A DNA stretch of 64,000 nt from an uncultured candidate division Zixibacteria bacterium. Its GTDB lineage: Bacteria > Zixibacteria > MSB-5A5 > RBG-16-43-9. The stretch spans positions 896,001 to 960,000 of the forward strand of contig OY970208.1 of assembly GCA_963713865.1 (NCBI GenBank), written 5' to 3'. This document shows positions 1 to 9,825 of the stretch, piece after piece. The position numbers and the translations under genes were made by a program. The notes beneath the pieces were generated by a model. The model was not told the DNA's origin. It saw only the letters and a program-made list of their open reading frames with translations, and did not search any database. Position 1 is the stretch's first letter; every line of letters begins with the position of its first letter.

Positions 1-1005
1 CTTATCATACCTTTAATCGGATTAGCTTTACTTTTAGCTCTGATATACGTGGTAGTCCAGAGCCAGCAGCCTAAAGAAGTAAATAAAGTTCAGTTTGAGA
101 CTATTTTAGTTGGAAAAGGGAGTTCACCCAAGTGGTCACCAGATGGAACTAAGCTTGCTTTTTTATGCGGGGGAGGGATTTGTGTTATAGATTCATCTGG
201 AAAAGGAGAAATAAAAAAGATAAGCCCACTTAAAATCAAACACTATGAATGGCTGAGCGATAGTGAGTTAGTAGTTCGTGAGGGGGAATATGGGAGGATA
301 AAGGGCAGACAAACTTTAACAGCGCGAATAAAAAAAGCAAATTTAGATGGTAGAATAGAAACAATTAGGGAAACCCATCCCACGTTTGAGTATCCATTTC
401 CTGAGTCATTCAGTAAGTTCACTGTTTTGAAAGATGGCACAGTAGGATATTATGAAGATTTAAACGCTCTTAGAGGTGGGCCATTTTTCAAAGTTATAAG
501 AAAGGGAAGACTAAAACCAGTAGAAGCTGAAAAACAAATGATTATTGCAGGAATTAAAGGTGAGAAAGGAGTCTGGTTAGTAAGTGCAGATAGGAGTGAG
601 AAGAAAAAAATAACTGATAATGGATATAGATTTGTACAGCTTTCACCGGATGGTCATAAATTTATAGGAAATGATTCCAGAAATAATATCATTGTATTTG
701 ATACTACAGGCAATGAAATGGCTAATTTAGGAAGAGGCGAAATTTTAAGTGAAGGCTCATTGGGGAATTGGTCTCCAGATAGTAAAAAAATTACCTATCA
801 TATTTCTAAAGCAGGTGGAGAAGATGGCCAGTTTACCGTGGCTTCTGAATTATACATGGTTAACTCTGACGGGAGTGATAAAACTCAAATCACGGATACA
901 CCGGATGAGATTGAGTTTGATCCGGTATGGTCTCCAAATGGGAGCAAGATAGCTTACTGGACAGGAGAACCGAAGTGGGAAGTGTTTATTATGAGATTAA
1001 AATAA
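1..1005 (+). CDS. Secreted TolB-like/PD40 beta-propeller protein, 5' partial
   Basis: Frame is open from base 1 (LIIPLIGLALLLALIY, a signal-like stretch). Repeated PKWSPDG, LSPDG, WSPDS and WSPNG PD40 motifs. Confidence 0.85.
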   Translation, partial: LIIPLIGLALLLALIYVVVQSQQPKEVNKVQFETILVGKGSSPKWSPDGTKLAFLCGGGICVIDSSGKGEIKKISPLKIKHYEWLSDSELVVREGEYGRIKGRQTLTARIKKANLDGRIETIRETHPTFEYPFPESFSKFTVLKDGTVGYYEDLNALRGGPFFKVIRKGRLKPVEAEKQMIIAGIKGEKGVWLVSADRSEKKKITDNGYRFVQLSPDGHKFIGNDSRNNIIVFDTTGNEMANLGRGEILSEGSLGNWSPDSKKITYHISKAGGEDGQFTVASELYMVNSDGSDKTQITDTPDEIEFDPVWSPNGSKIAYWTGEPKWEVFIMRLK

Positions 1006-1028
1006 ACTTTCATTTATGGGGGTGACAG

Positions 1029-2666
1029 ATGAAAAGAAAAAAGTTGATCTTGGGTTTTATTTTTCTTGTGTTTCTCATTTTCCATGTAAGCTCTTTTGCT
1101 CAAAAAATTTGTATAGATCCCGGACACGGTGGACCTGGTGCTTCAAAGTACTGGAATAATGGTGGGGGTGGAAATGAAGGTAGGGGTGCAGTAGGTCCGG
1201 ATGGATTAACCGAACAATGGATTAACTTAGAAGTAGCTAAAGAACTAAGATGGCAAATATACTTTTATCCTAATTATCCTGTGGTAATGACCCGTGAAAC
1301 AGATACCACAGACCTTACTCCTGTGCAGAGAGCTAGAATTGCGAATGATTCACTTGCAGACTGGTTCATCTCCATCCATCACCAAGGACTGAAACCTGAT
1401 CAATTCCAAAGAACAATGGCTTTTTACTGTAGTGCCCCAAAGACGCCCGTTTACCCCTACGAGGACAGAGATACCGATTCGCTCTTGGCCAAGAAAACTC
1501 TTTTTATGGTGCAAAATAATTTTCATTATCCTGATGGTTGTAGCTCACAATGCGGGCCTACACCTGACTGTAAAGACAGGGGTATCCTTCAATGCAACAC
1601 TTGTTATGATGTACTTCACTACAGCACCATGGTATCAGTACTGTCTGAAGCATCAAACATATCTTATGACGAATATGAAGAGTGGCTTTTTGATGGCAAC
1701 AATCAACATAGGTTGGCTGAAGCCCAGGGGCTTTATCATGGGTTAATGAGTTATATAAACGGTGCCGGAATCGCTACAGTAACAACTCGATGGATTGGAG
1801 GAGATGGTGGAGTAATAAGAGTAGATGGTGAAAATGAAATTTCCCCCTTTGTTACTTGTTGGGAGCAATTTGAGCAGCATTCATTACAAGCAGATTATCA
1901 GTATCTAGGTGAATATTACTGCGTACCCCATCACTGGCTTGAAGTTGAAACTGGATATACAAGCCCAGATCCGATTTGGATTATATCTGTACCCCCTGGT
2001 GAATCTACCCACACCTACATAGCCTATTACACAGGTGGTCCTTATGAAGCCAATCTTTTTATGCCGGATGGCGGGGAAGAATGGCTGGTTGGAGATGAGG
2101 GAGCGATTATCTGGGCTGGATTTGGGCCAGTAACTTCACCCGGAGTTGATTCTACTACTCTAATTGATGTCTTTTTAGATAGAAACGGAGGGCAGGATGG
2201 CTATGGTGAGATACTTTTTACTGGAATCCCCAGAAAGGATTACATGGCGGCAGGCTGGCAGGTCACTGGTCCAGCCTCAACTAAATGCAGGATAAAGATA
2301 GTTGCTCATGACTGCGTGGATAATACTGCAACGGATGTAAGCAGTTATGATTTCACCATCAGGTTCCCGAATATTTCAGGGGATGTCAATACTGACGGAA
2401 AAGTTTCTATATCAGACGTGGTTTATCTGATAAATTATCTTTTCAAATCAGGTCCTGGGTTTGAACCCTTATGGAAAGGTGATACCAATGGCGATTGCAA
2501 AGTAAGTTTATCAGATGTAGTCTATCTGATAAACTACCTTACAAAAGGCGGTCCAGCTCCGATTTGCGATGGTAGCTGCTGGGCTTGTATGCGGGCTTCA
2601 GTTAAAGAAGATGAGAATCCTTTTGTAAAAGACCCATCCTTAACGAAAAAAATCTATAAGCAATGA
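1029..2666 (+). CDS. Secreted N-acetylmuramoyl-L-alanine amidase (Amidase_3) with Ig-like region and C-terminal dockerin-like pair
   Basis: Signal peptide. Zn-amidase motifs ICIDPGHGG, LTEQ, FISIHH and SVLSE. Duplicated GDxNxDxKVSxSDVVYLINYL at about 2379-2561. Confidence 0.88.
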   Translation: MKRKKLILGFIFLVFLIFHVSSFAQKICIDPGHGGPGASKYWNNGGGGNEGRGAVGPDGLTEQWINLEVAKELRWQIYFYPNYPVVMTRETDTTDLTPVQRARIANDSLADWFISIHHQGLKPDQFQRTMAFYCSAPKTPVYPYEDRDTDSLLAKKTLFMVQNNFHYPDGCSSQCGPTPDCKDRGILQCNTCYDVLHYSTMVSVLSEASNISYDEYEEWLFDGNNQHRLAEAQGLYHGLMSYINGAGIATVTTRWIGGDGGVIRVDGENEISPFVTCWEQFEQHSLQADYQYLGEYYCVPHHWLEVETGYTSPDPIWIISVPPGESTHTYIAYYTGGPYEANLFMPDGGEEWLVGDEGAIIWAGFGPVTSPGVDSTTLIDVFLDRNGGQDGYGEILFTGIPRKDYMAAGWQVTGPASTKCRIKIVAHDCVDNTATDVSSYDFTIRFPNISGDVNTDGKVSISDVVYLINYLFKSGPGFEPLWKGDTNGDCKVSLSDVVYLINYLTKGGPAPICDGSCWACMRASVKEDENPFVKDPSLTKKIYKQ

Positions 2667-2829
2667 ATGTTATCTTATTTTAGAGGTAAAGTGATTAAAT
2701 TCAAGAAGTTTTAATAAAAACTTAATTAAACCAACTTTCCATATCTTGTGTATAAAATTAAGTAATTTACTATATGTAGATATGAAGTGCGTTAATTTAA
2801 AAATTTAACAAAAAGTTTTAAGATTTTGC

Positions 2830-2857
2830 TTGACAATAGATTAGTGCCTGTTATCTT
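2830..2857 (+). promoter_or_regulatory. sigma70-type promoter for the micro-gene
   Basis: TTGACA (2830-2835), 16-nt spacer, extended -10 TGnTATCTT (-10 at 2852-2857). Confidence 0.55.
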
Positions 2858-3052
2858 AAACCCAAGAGGAGAGGATGGTAAGTGCTGGGTTAATCTCATT
2901 ATTTATTAACTTACCCCTCCATAGCTGCTTTTTTGAAATGGGACTGTAGATTATAATTTATTAAAGTTAGCCTGATTGAATTAATAAAAGATCAGAGTAA
3001 CTTGCTCTGTCTTTTATTGCTCAGATTTTGAACAAAACAAGGAGGTGATGTA

Positions 3053-3133
3053 ATGGAGCTGAAAAAACTAATACTAGAGGTGGAGGAGTTAGAGGAGAAG
3101 ATTGCTCCTTTATCATCTAACGGCGATCAATAG
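3053..3133 (+). CDS. 26-aa peptide MELKKLILEVEELEEKIAPLSSNGDQ, possible RiPP/secreted-peptide precursor
   Basis: Strong SD AAGGAGGTG at 3039-3047, ATG 3053, TAG 3131-3133, upstream promoter and downstream terminator. Too short for the ORF track. Confidence 0.75.
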   Translation: MELKKLILEVEELEEKIAPLSSNGDQ

Positions 3134-3186
3134 TAACTTGCTTTTTGAAGTTACTTTCTTGGACGATAATTAACACCTCCTTAAGG

Positions 3187-3221
3187 AAGACCACCCGGCT
3201 TCTGGGTGGTCTTGTTTTTTT
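3187..3221 (+). terminator. Rho-independent terminator of the micro-gene
   Basis: Stem AAGACCACCC / GGGTGGTCTT followed by GTTTTTTT. Confidence 0.85.
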
Positions 3222-3571
3222 ATATTTTTTGTCGGTGATTAAAGTTTCCTTCGTGAAGCTGATGAAAACCTTTTTGAACTGCTTCCTTTACTCCTCGTCG
3301 GGTGAGATCTTTTGGTTCTGAGTTGATGTCCTGCAGGAGCACTGATATTTATCAAGAATGATTTTCTAATGAACAGGGGGTATATCGTTATATAAATAGC
3401 GAAGAATTAAATTCTGGTGGGTTAGTTTTTAAATTTTTAGGAGGTCTAAAGGTTTCCATTATAGAATGAGTCAAACGAAAAAAAGACCCACATCGGGGAT
3501 AGCTCCCAAAATACAACCTGGGTTTTTCGGTTAGTAAGTTCTTTTCAGATTTTTTAGAAATGCGAAATCTT

Positions 3572-4339
3572 TTACTCCTCTTCTTTTTCTAAAAGGAGAT
3601 TTCTCATTAGCTCGTCGATCCTTTCGATCCTGAAGGGCTTGGCTAAATATCCATCTGCTCCCTCTATCAGGGCTTTGTCCTCCGGGTAGGCGCTTGAGTA
3701 TGCGGTTATCATAATCACCGGGGTTTTCATATCCCCTTCCTTAATCTTTTTCATCAAGCTGATTCCATCCATATAGGGCATCTTAATATCAGTGATGACT
3801 AAATCGAAATGTTCTTTCTGTAAAATCTCCCAGGCCTTTTCTCCGTCCTCTGCGGCCGTAGAGAGATAGTCTAAAGAAGAAAGGGTATCGATGAGCATAT
3901 TTCTCAATACCTCATCATCATCCACCACTAATATTCTCTTAAGGCTTTTCTTGTTTTCGTCCTCAGGTTTTTTACGACCTAATAGATTTTCAATTGCCTC
4001 TTCCATCTTGCCGATACGGAACGGCTTGGCTAAAAAACCATCCGCTCCTTTCTGCAGAGCTTGTTCCATAGTATAGTTGTAATTATAACCAGTGATTAGA
4101 AGAACTGGCAGGTTCGGGTCCTTGGATTTAATGGATTCCACCAGAGAAAAGCCGGTCATTTTGGGCATCCTTATATCAGCAATTACCAGATCCATCTTCT
4201 GCTGATCTAAAAGGGTCAAAGCCTCTTCCCCGTCCTTAGCTCCGAAAGTATTATAGCCTAAAGCGGATAAAGTATCAATCATTAACTGCCGGACCTTCTC
4301 CTCATCATCCACGATCAAAACTTTAGTCCCTTGATTCAT
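3572..4339 (-). CDS. Response regulator with two tandem receiver domains and no output domain
   Basis: Two REC domains: VLIVDD..DLVIAD..KPF and ILVVDD..DLVITD..KPF. Start placed at ATG 4339 (AGAGG SD); 4378 is an alternative. Confidence 0.9.
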   Translation of the reverse strand: MNQGTKVLIVDDEEKVRQLMIDTLSALGYNTFGAKDGEEALTLLDQQKMDLVIADIRMPKMTGFSLVESIKSKDPNLPVLLITGYNYNYTMEQALQKGADGFLAKPFRIGKMEEAIENLLGRKKPEDENKKSLKRILVVDDDEVLRNMLIDTLSSLDYLSTAAEDGEKAWEILQKEHFDLVITDIKMPYMDGISLMKKIKEGDMKTPVIMITAYSSAYPEDKALIEGADGYLAKPFRIERIDELMRNLLLEKEEE

Positions 4340-4444
4340 ACAGACCTCTACTTTGTAGGTGTAAACTTGTGTCTCCATATATTTTTATCGTATTTTTCGG
4401 GAATTACTTTAAGGAAAATAAAAGAAAATTGGGGTGGGTTTTTT

Positions 4445-5812
4445 TCAGGAACGGATAAGATTCAAAACCTCAGATTTCTTTTGTTCCATCAGCTCTTTTG
4501 TGTCTGCCTCTAAGTTCAGGCGAATCAAGGGCTCGGTGTTAGAAGGTCTCAGGTTAAACCACCAGTCCGGGTATTCTACAGTGAGTCCATCCAGGTGGTC
4601 GAACCTGGCATCTTTATAAAAAGATTCGATATTTTTAAGTTTATGGGGAATATCCTCGATCCGGGAATTTATCTCCCCGGTTCTGAAATAAGGGTCGATT
4701 GAGCTTACCAGTTGAGAGAGCGGTTTATCTTCTTCAGAGAGAAGCTCCAGACAGATCAAGAGAGCTATCATACCAGAATCAGCATAGAAATTTTTTCGGA
4801 AGTAGAAATGACCGGAGTGCTCTCCTCCGAAAATGGCGTTATATTTTTTCATCAGAGGTTTTATCAGGGCATGTCCAACCGGAGTGCGGATGCCTTTTCC
4901 ACCATTCTGCTTAATTATCTCAAGAACAGTCCTAGAACATGGAACATTGTATAATATGGTTGCACCTTTTTCCTTTTTTAATAAATTCTTGGCTACCAGA
5001 GCAGTTACTAAATCACCTCCTAAGGGAAAGGCTTTCTCATCTACCAGGAACATCCGGTCTGCATCTCCATCAAAAGCCACACCCAGGTCTGCTTTTTCCT
5101 TTAAAACTTTCTGTCTTAAGGGAGCGATATTCTCCGGCTCCATAGGGCTGGGGGGATGGTTGGGGAAAGAACCATCTAATTCAAAGAACATCGGAATAAT
5201 CTGACAGTGAAGATAAGAAAAAAGTTCTGGTAAAATCTTGCCAGCAATCCCGTTCCCCGCATCAATTGCTATCTTAAAGGGTTTGATCTTTTGTGGCTGG
5301 ATGAAAGAGAGAAGATGCTGGATATGGTCAGCCTGGACATCCTGTTTTCTTATCTCCCCTTTTTTCGTAGTAATCAGAAATCCACCTTTAAGGATAATCT
5401 CTTTGATCTGCTCAATCCCCTCTTTTCCACTTAGAGGGACCGCTTCTTTTTTACACATCTTCATACCGTTGTAATCCTTAGGATTATGAGAGGCGGTGAT
5501 CATAATCCCGGAATCGTATCCGAATTTCCCTACAGTAAAATAAAGGGCATCAGTACTGCATAAGCCGATATCTATAATATCCGAACCGGATTCAGTTATC
5601 CCCTGAACGAGACTATTTCTTAAGGTTTCTGAGGAGAGACGCATATCCCTGCCCAAAACTACCTCATCCGGCTTAAGGTGTTTGACAAAAGCTTTTCCGA
5701 TCAGGAAGGCAACCTCCTCATTTAACTCCCCAGGATATATTCCTCTTATGTCATAAGCCTTGAATATGGCCGGGTTTATCTTTCCACTAGAAGCTTTTCC
5801 TTTTAATTGCAT
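4445..5812 (-). CDS. manB: Phosphomannomutase/phosphoglucomutase
   Basis: FKAYDIRG, TASHNP (phosphoserine), FDGDADR, GGEHSGH, RPSNTEP. Confidence 0.92.
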   Translation of the reverse strand: MQLKGKASSGKINPAIFKAYDIRGIYPGELNEEVAFLIGKAFVKHLKPDEVVLGRDMRLSSETLRNSLVQGITESGSDIIDIGLCSTDALYFTVGKFGYDSGIMITASHNPKDYNGMKMCKKEAVPLSGKEGIEQIKEIILKGGFLITTKKGEIRKQDVQADHIQHLLSFIQPQKIKPFKIAIDAGNGIAGKILPELFSYLHCQIIPMFFELDGSFPNHPPSPMEPENIAPLRQKVLKEKADLGVAFDGDADRMFLVDEKAFPLGGDLVTALVAKNLLKKEKGATILYNVPCSRTVLEIIKQNGGKGIRTPVGHALIKPLMKKYNAIFGGEHSGHFYFRKNFYADSGMIALLICLELLSEEDKPLSQLVSSIDPYFRTGEINSRIEDIPHKLKNIESFYKDARFDHLDGLTVEYPDWWFNLRPSNTEPLIRLNLEADTKELMEQKKSEVLNLIRS

Positions 5813-6023
5813 CTTTTCCTCCAGACCAAAATGATTATAAAGAAAAAAATCTTCTTTGTCAAATTTTTATGTTGGGATCTTTTAAGCTGACGATTCTTCA
5901 GTGGATTAGAGAATAGATGAAACCTCTTGAAATGGCGGAAAAAGAAGAAACACTGAGATCTGTTGCTGAAAGGATAATTAAACTCAGCCTTCAGGAGAAT
6001 CGGTTTTAAATGGTTTTTTAAGA

Positions 6024-9000
6024 TTATTTACCTACCATTACCTGGGTGAGTTTTCTTATATCTATGATGAGATTAAGTTTCTCTTCCTCGTTTAGATAGC
6101 TTTGTTTAAGGTCCGGGTCTTCGATATTCTGGCTTAAATCCTTGATGAGCTTGCCAGCCATTTCATATTCCTTATAAGCGTTTTCCATATCATTCTTCGT
6201 AAAGCTGATTTTCCCTCTAAGGTAATGTATTCTCCAGACCAGCTCAAATTTATTAAGCTTTGAAGCTTTATTTAAAGCTGTTTCTGAATATCTTTGTGCC
6301 TGATCAAAATTTTCATTTTCAATTTCTTTACGGAAGAGAAGGAAATAATATTCGGGTTCAATCAAGGGAAAACTACTCTGGTCGATGATTTTCTTAGCCT
6401 TCTCCAGAAATTTTTCAAACATCTGGTATCGGCTTGAGTCCAGATAGAGCCAGGCAAAATCTAAATTTAAGTTGAGCTTATCCTCTAAAGAATTCAACTC
6501 TTCAGCCCATTCCAATGAATTCTCATGCAGTTTTAATGCTTCAGCCACTTTCTTCTTTTTCCTTAAAAATATCCCTTTTAAGCGCCCAACTGTAATCTGG
6601 GTACGTCTATCATTTATTTCTCTTGATATCTCCAAACCTTTTTCTATAAACCGATCCGCATCCTCTGAGCGGTTTAACAAGAATAACAACCTTGCCATAG
6701 AGATAAAAACCGAGGCTTTCAATTCTTTATCTTCCATCTTTTCAGAAAGCGTTAGAGACTCCTTTAATAGCTCTAAAGCTCTCTGGTAAAAGCCAGTTTC
6801 AAAATCTATATTAGCCAGATTCTTCAATAAGTATCCAACCGGGAGTAGGAAATCTATTTTCCGGGCTATCTCTAAACCCATATTGGCATAGCTGGCAGCT
6901 TTCTCATACTCCCCCAACTTGAAATAACATTCGCTAAGATTTACTGTGTTTATGGTGATCTCCTTTTTGTTCTCAATCTCCTGGTTTAATTCAAGAGACT
7001 CCATGTAGGAACTGATTGCATTTTGGAGACTTCCCATAAGATAATAAACAAATCCGATATTATTTAAACTTCGTGCTATCTCCTCTTTATTCCCCAGCTC
7101 TTTTTTTATCTGTAAAGACTCATTATGATATTCCAGTGCTCTTCTATATTGATGTTGAGAAACATAAATTGAGCCCATATTATTTAAAGTGGAGGCTATA
7201 TCAGACTTGTTCTCCAGAGCGCGTTGAATTTCCAGAGCTTCCCCAAACGCTTCTAAGGCTTTTTGATATTGAGAGTCTATCCAGTAGATATTCCCGATAT
7301 TATTAAGGGTGTGGGCGACCTCTTTATTATCCTTCAGGTCCTGGAAGATCATCTTGGCTTTAAGCAAAAATTCTAAACCTTTCTGGTGGTCATGTTTTAA
7401 CCTGAAAAGAGCTCCTAAGTCTTTATAAGTTTCAGCGATTAATCTCCTATCTTCTGAAGGATCAGCTATTTTTAGAATCTCTTCGTAATCTTTTTGAGCC
7501 TGTTTTAGTTCGCCAATGTTTTTCAGCAGGTCACCCTTCTGCATAAGGGTGTGGGAAATCCTTTTTTCTCTTTCCTTTTTTTCGGAAAATTTTCCCGCAG
7601 CTTCTAAGGTTTTATTAAGATATTTTAAGGCTTGAGGATAGTCTAAATCCTTCTGGTTTTTGACAGCACATTGAAATGAATATCCAAAAGCTTTTTGGTA
7701 ATCATCGCTTAAAATAAAATGATGGGCAACTGTCTCGGTCTCAATCTCTTCTCCCTGAGATTTTCTTTCCTCCAGATGATAAGCCAGTTTGCGATGAAGT
7801 GGCTCTTTCCCCGGGTTGAAATTCTTATAGATCAAGGACTGAAGAACAGGACTGGCAAAATTATATACCAGAAAGGAGGGTTTCTTTTGAGTCTGTATCA
7901 GGATCCTATCCTTTAAAAGGACGAAAAGTGTTTCAAAGATTTTCTCCTCATCATATCCGGTTAAGAATTTTATAGATTTCAGGTCGAATTCTATCCCGAT
8001 TAAAGCTGCCAGGTTCAGGAAGCTCAAGACCTTCTCAGGATATCTTTTTAGATTTCCCAAAATGGTCTTCTCGATATTATCCGGAATCTCAAGCTCCGCT
8101 AAGAGTTTTTTCTCTAATCTGAACGAACCTTTTTCAAAGTAGAGAACCTTCTTTTCAAAAAGGTATTTTAAAATCTCCAGAGCAAAAAGCGGAACTCCAG
8201 AAGAATTATGATAGATGAAATCAAGCAAGGATTTTGAGATAGTCTGCTCTGCTAACTTCTGGGATAAAAGCTCCTCTAATTCCTTTAGAGTCAAAGGAGG
8301 TAATCTTAGAAAGTGGAGCTGGCTTGTGCCGGTAAGTCGGTTGATCAGAGATTTAAGTTTACCCTGCGGGTCTAAATCGTTTTCCTCCAGTGTCCCGACT
8401 AAAAAGAGCTTAGATCTATCCAGGGTTTTGGTTAGCTCCTCTATGAAACTAAAACATCCTTCTCCCATCCAGTGAAGGTCTTCGAAGGCTAAAACAAAAG
8501 GGAAAAGATTAGAAGCCTCAAAAAGAAAGGATGATAGTCTATCCAGCTTTAAATTTTCCTGCTCTTCTTGATCTGGAGTTACCGTTAGGAATAATTTAAA
8601 ATCCTCCTCATATTTCTGGCACAGTGGCGGAGAGAGCTGTTGAAAGAAAGGCCAGATTTTTCTGAAAAGCTCCTTCAGGGGTTGTAAAGGATAGGTTTCT
8701 TCTTTGGGACAATTGATCTGGACAAAAAGGATCCCCTCCAGCTGACTTTCTTTTTTGAGATAATTTAACAGGGTAGACTTCCCTATTCCCAACCCTCCTT
8801 CGATTAAAAACATCCTCCCAGCATTAGAGAGAGACTCTTTTAATTCTTTTTGCAGAATCTGGTATTCTTTTTCCCGGGCAAGGATTTTGCCGTCGTAAAG
8901 CTGGTTTATATAGGAACTCTTTTCAGCTCCCCAGAGGGGAAAAGTTACGATCTGGGAGAGTTTTTCTTTTAACTCTGAGATGTTCTGGAAACGGTCTTCA

Positions 9001-9749
9001 GGTTTTTTTCGAAGAAGTTTTAACACTAAAGAGTCCAGTTCCTCAGATACTCCAGCTCTAAAGGCAGAGGGAGGAGGAGGGATTTTTTCTAAATGATTAG
9101 ATCTCAAAACCAAAGGATCTTCAGAAATAAAAGGAAGCTTGGAGGTTAAAAGCTCAAATAAGATCACTCCCAGGGAATACAGATCTGCTCGCTGGTCAAT
9201 TTTTTTGCCAAGCCAGACCTCTGGAGCCATATAATCAGGCGTTCCCTCGATTTGATCTGAAGTCTGACCAGAGGAGGTTCGAACCAACCCGAAATCCAGG
9301 ATTTTGACGGAAAAGATACCCGGAGTTAATTTGAAGTTGGACGGTTTTAAGTCAGCGTGGATTAAATTTTGTGAGTGGAGGTATTCTAAAATATCACTGA
9401 TCTGCCAGACGAGCTTGTAAAACCTATTTAAATCTTGCTGGGCAACTTCTGGAGATAACTCTTCACCTTCTACCAGCTCCATTGTGTAGAAAGCTTTTTT
9501 TTCTCTGGTATAGCCAAAATCATATACTTCCACTATCCCTGGATGAGATAGCTCTGAGGTTAGCCTGAACTCCTGCTTGAATTTCTCCAGGCCATTTTTT
9601 TCTTCGCCGCCAAAAGCAGTGTGGAGTTTCAAAGCTATCCTTTTTTCCTCCCAGAGGTCAAAAACCTCAAATACCATCCCTAAGCCACCCTGGGCTAATT
9701 TTTTTATAATCTGATATCGAGGAGTTATATACTTTTTTTCTTCTAACAT
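6024..9749 (-). CDS. Ser/Thr protein kinase fused to STAND-type AAA ATPase and TPR repeats
   Basis: Kinase motifs HADLKPSN, DFG, GTPDYMAPE. P-loop GGLGIGKST and Walker B FEDLHW. Repeated A.TLNNIG.IY TPRs. Confidence 0.9.
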   Translation of the reverse strand: MLEEKKYITPRYQIIKKLAQGGLGMVFEVFDLWEEKRIALKLHTAFGGEEKNGLEKFKQEFRLTSELSHPGIVEVYDFGYTREKKAFYTMELVEGEELSPEVAQQDLNRFYKLVWQISDILEYLHSQNLIHADLKPSNFKLTPGIFSVKILDFGLVRTSSGQTSDQIEGTPDYMAPEVWLGKKIDQRADLYSLGVILFELLTSKLPFISEDPLVLRSNHLEKIPPPPSAFRAGVSEELDSLVLKLLRKKPEDRFQNISELKEKLSQIVTFPLWGAEKSSYINQLYDGKILAREKEYQILQKELKESLSNAGRMFLIEGGLGIGKSTLLNYLKKESQLEGILFVQINCPKEETYPLQPLKELFRKIWPFFQQLSPPLCQKYEEDFKLFLTVTPDQEEQENLKLDRLSSFLFEASNLFPFVLAFEDLHWMGEGCFSFIEELTKTLDRSKLFLVGTLEENDLDPQGKLKSLINRLTGTSQLHFLRLPPLTLKELEELLSQKLAEQTISKSLLDFIYHNSSGVPLFALEILKYLFEKKVLYFEKGSFRLEKKLLAELEIPDNIEKTILGNLKRYPEKVLSFLNLAALIGIEFDLKSIKFLTGYDEEKIFETLFVLLKDRILIQTQKKPSFLVYNFASPVLQSLIYKNFNPGKEPLHRKLAYHLEERKSQGEEIETETVAHHFILSDDYQKAFGYSFQCAVKNQKDLDYPQALKYLNKTLEAAGKFSEKKEREKRISHTLMQKGDLLKNIGELKQAQKDYEEILKIADPSEDRRLIAETYKDLGALFRLKHDHQKGLEFLLKAKMIFQDLKDNKEVAHTLNNIGNIYWIDSQYQKALEAFGEALEIQRALENKSDIASTLNNMGSIYVSQHQYRRALEYHNESLQIKKELGNKEEIARSLNNIGFVYYLMGSLQNAISSYMESLELNQEIENKKEITINTVNLSECYFKLGEYEKAASYANMGLEIARKIDFLLPVGYLLKNLANIDFETGFYQRALELLKESLTLSEKMEDKELKASVFISMARLLFLLNRSEDADRFIEKGLEISREINDRRTQITVGRLKGIFLRKKKKVAEALKLHENSLEWAEELNSLEDKLNLNLDFAWLYLDSSRYQMFEKFLEKAKKIIDQSSFPLIEPEYYFLLFRKEIENENFDQAQRYSETALNKASKLNKFELVWRIHYLRGKISFTKNDMENAYKEYEMAGKLIKDLSQNIEDPDLKQSYLNEEEKLNLIIDIRKLTQVMVGK

Positions 9750-9825
9750 AACCGGAATAGTTTGTTAAAGGAGAGTGAGGGTGAAATTGTAACTTTTTTA
9801 TTGGTCTTAGACTTATAGATAAAAT

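Noticed and set aside
2875-2949. 24-aa ORF MVSAGLISLFINLPLHSCFFEMGL in the micro-gene leader
   Set aside because: SD-like purines abut the ATG and lie in a hairpin, with no other support. A leader-peptide role is not fully excluded.
3255-3300. CTGATGA as a hammerhead ribozyme core
   Set aside because: No stem II followed by GAAA, and no flanking stems.
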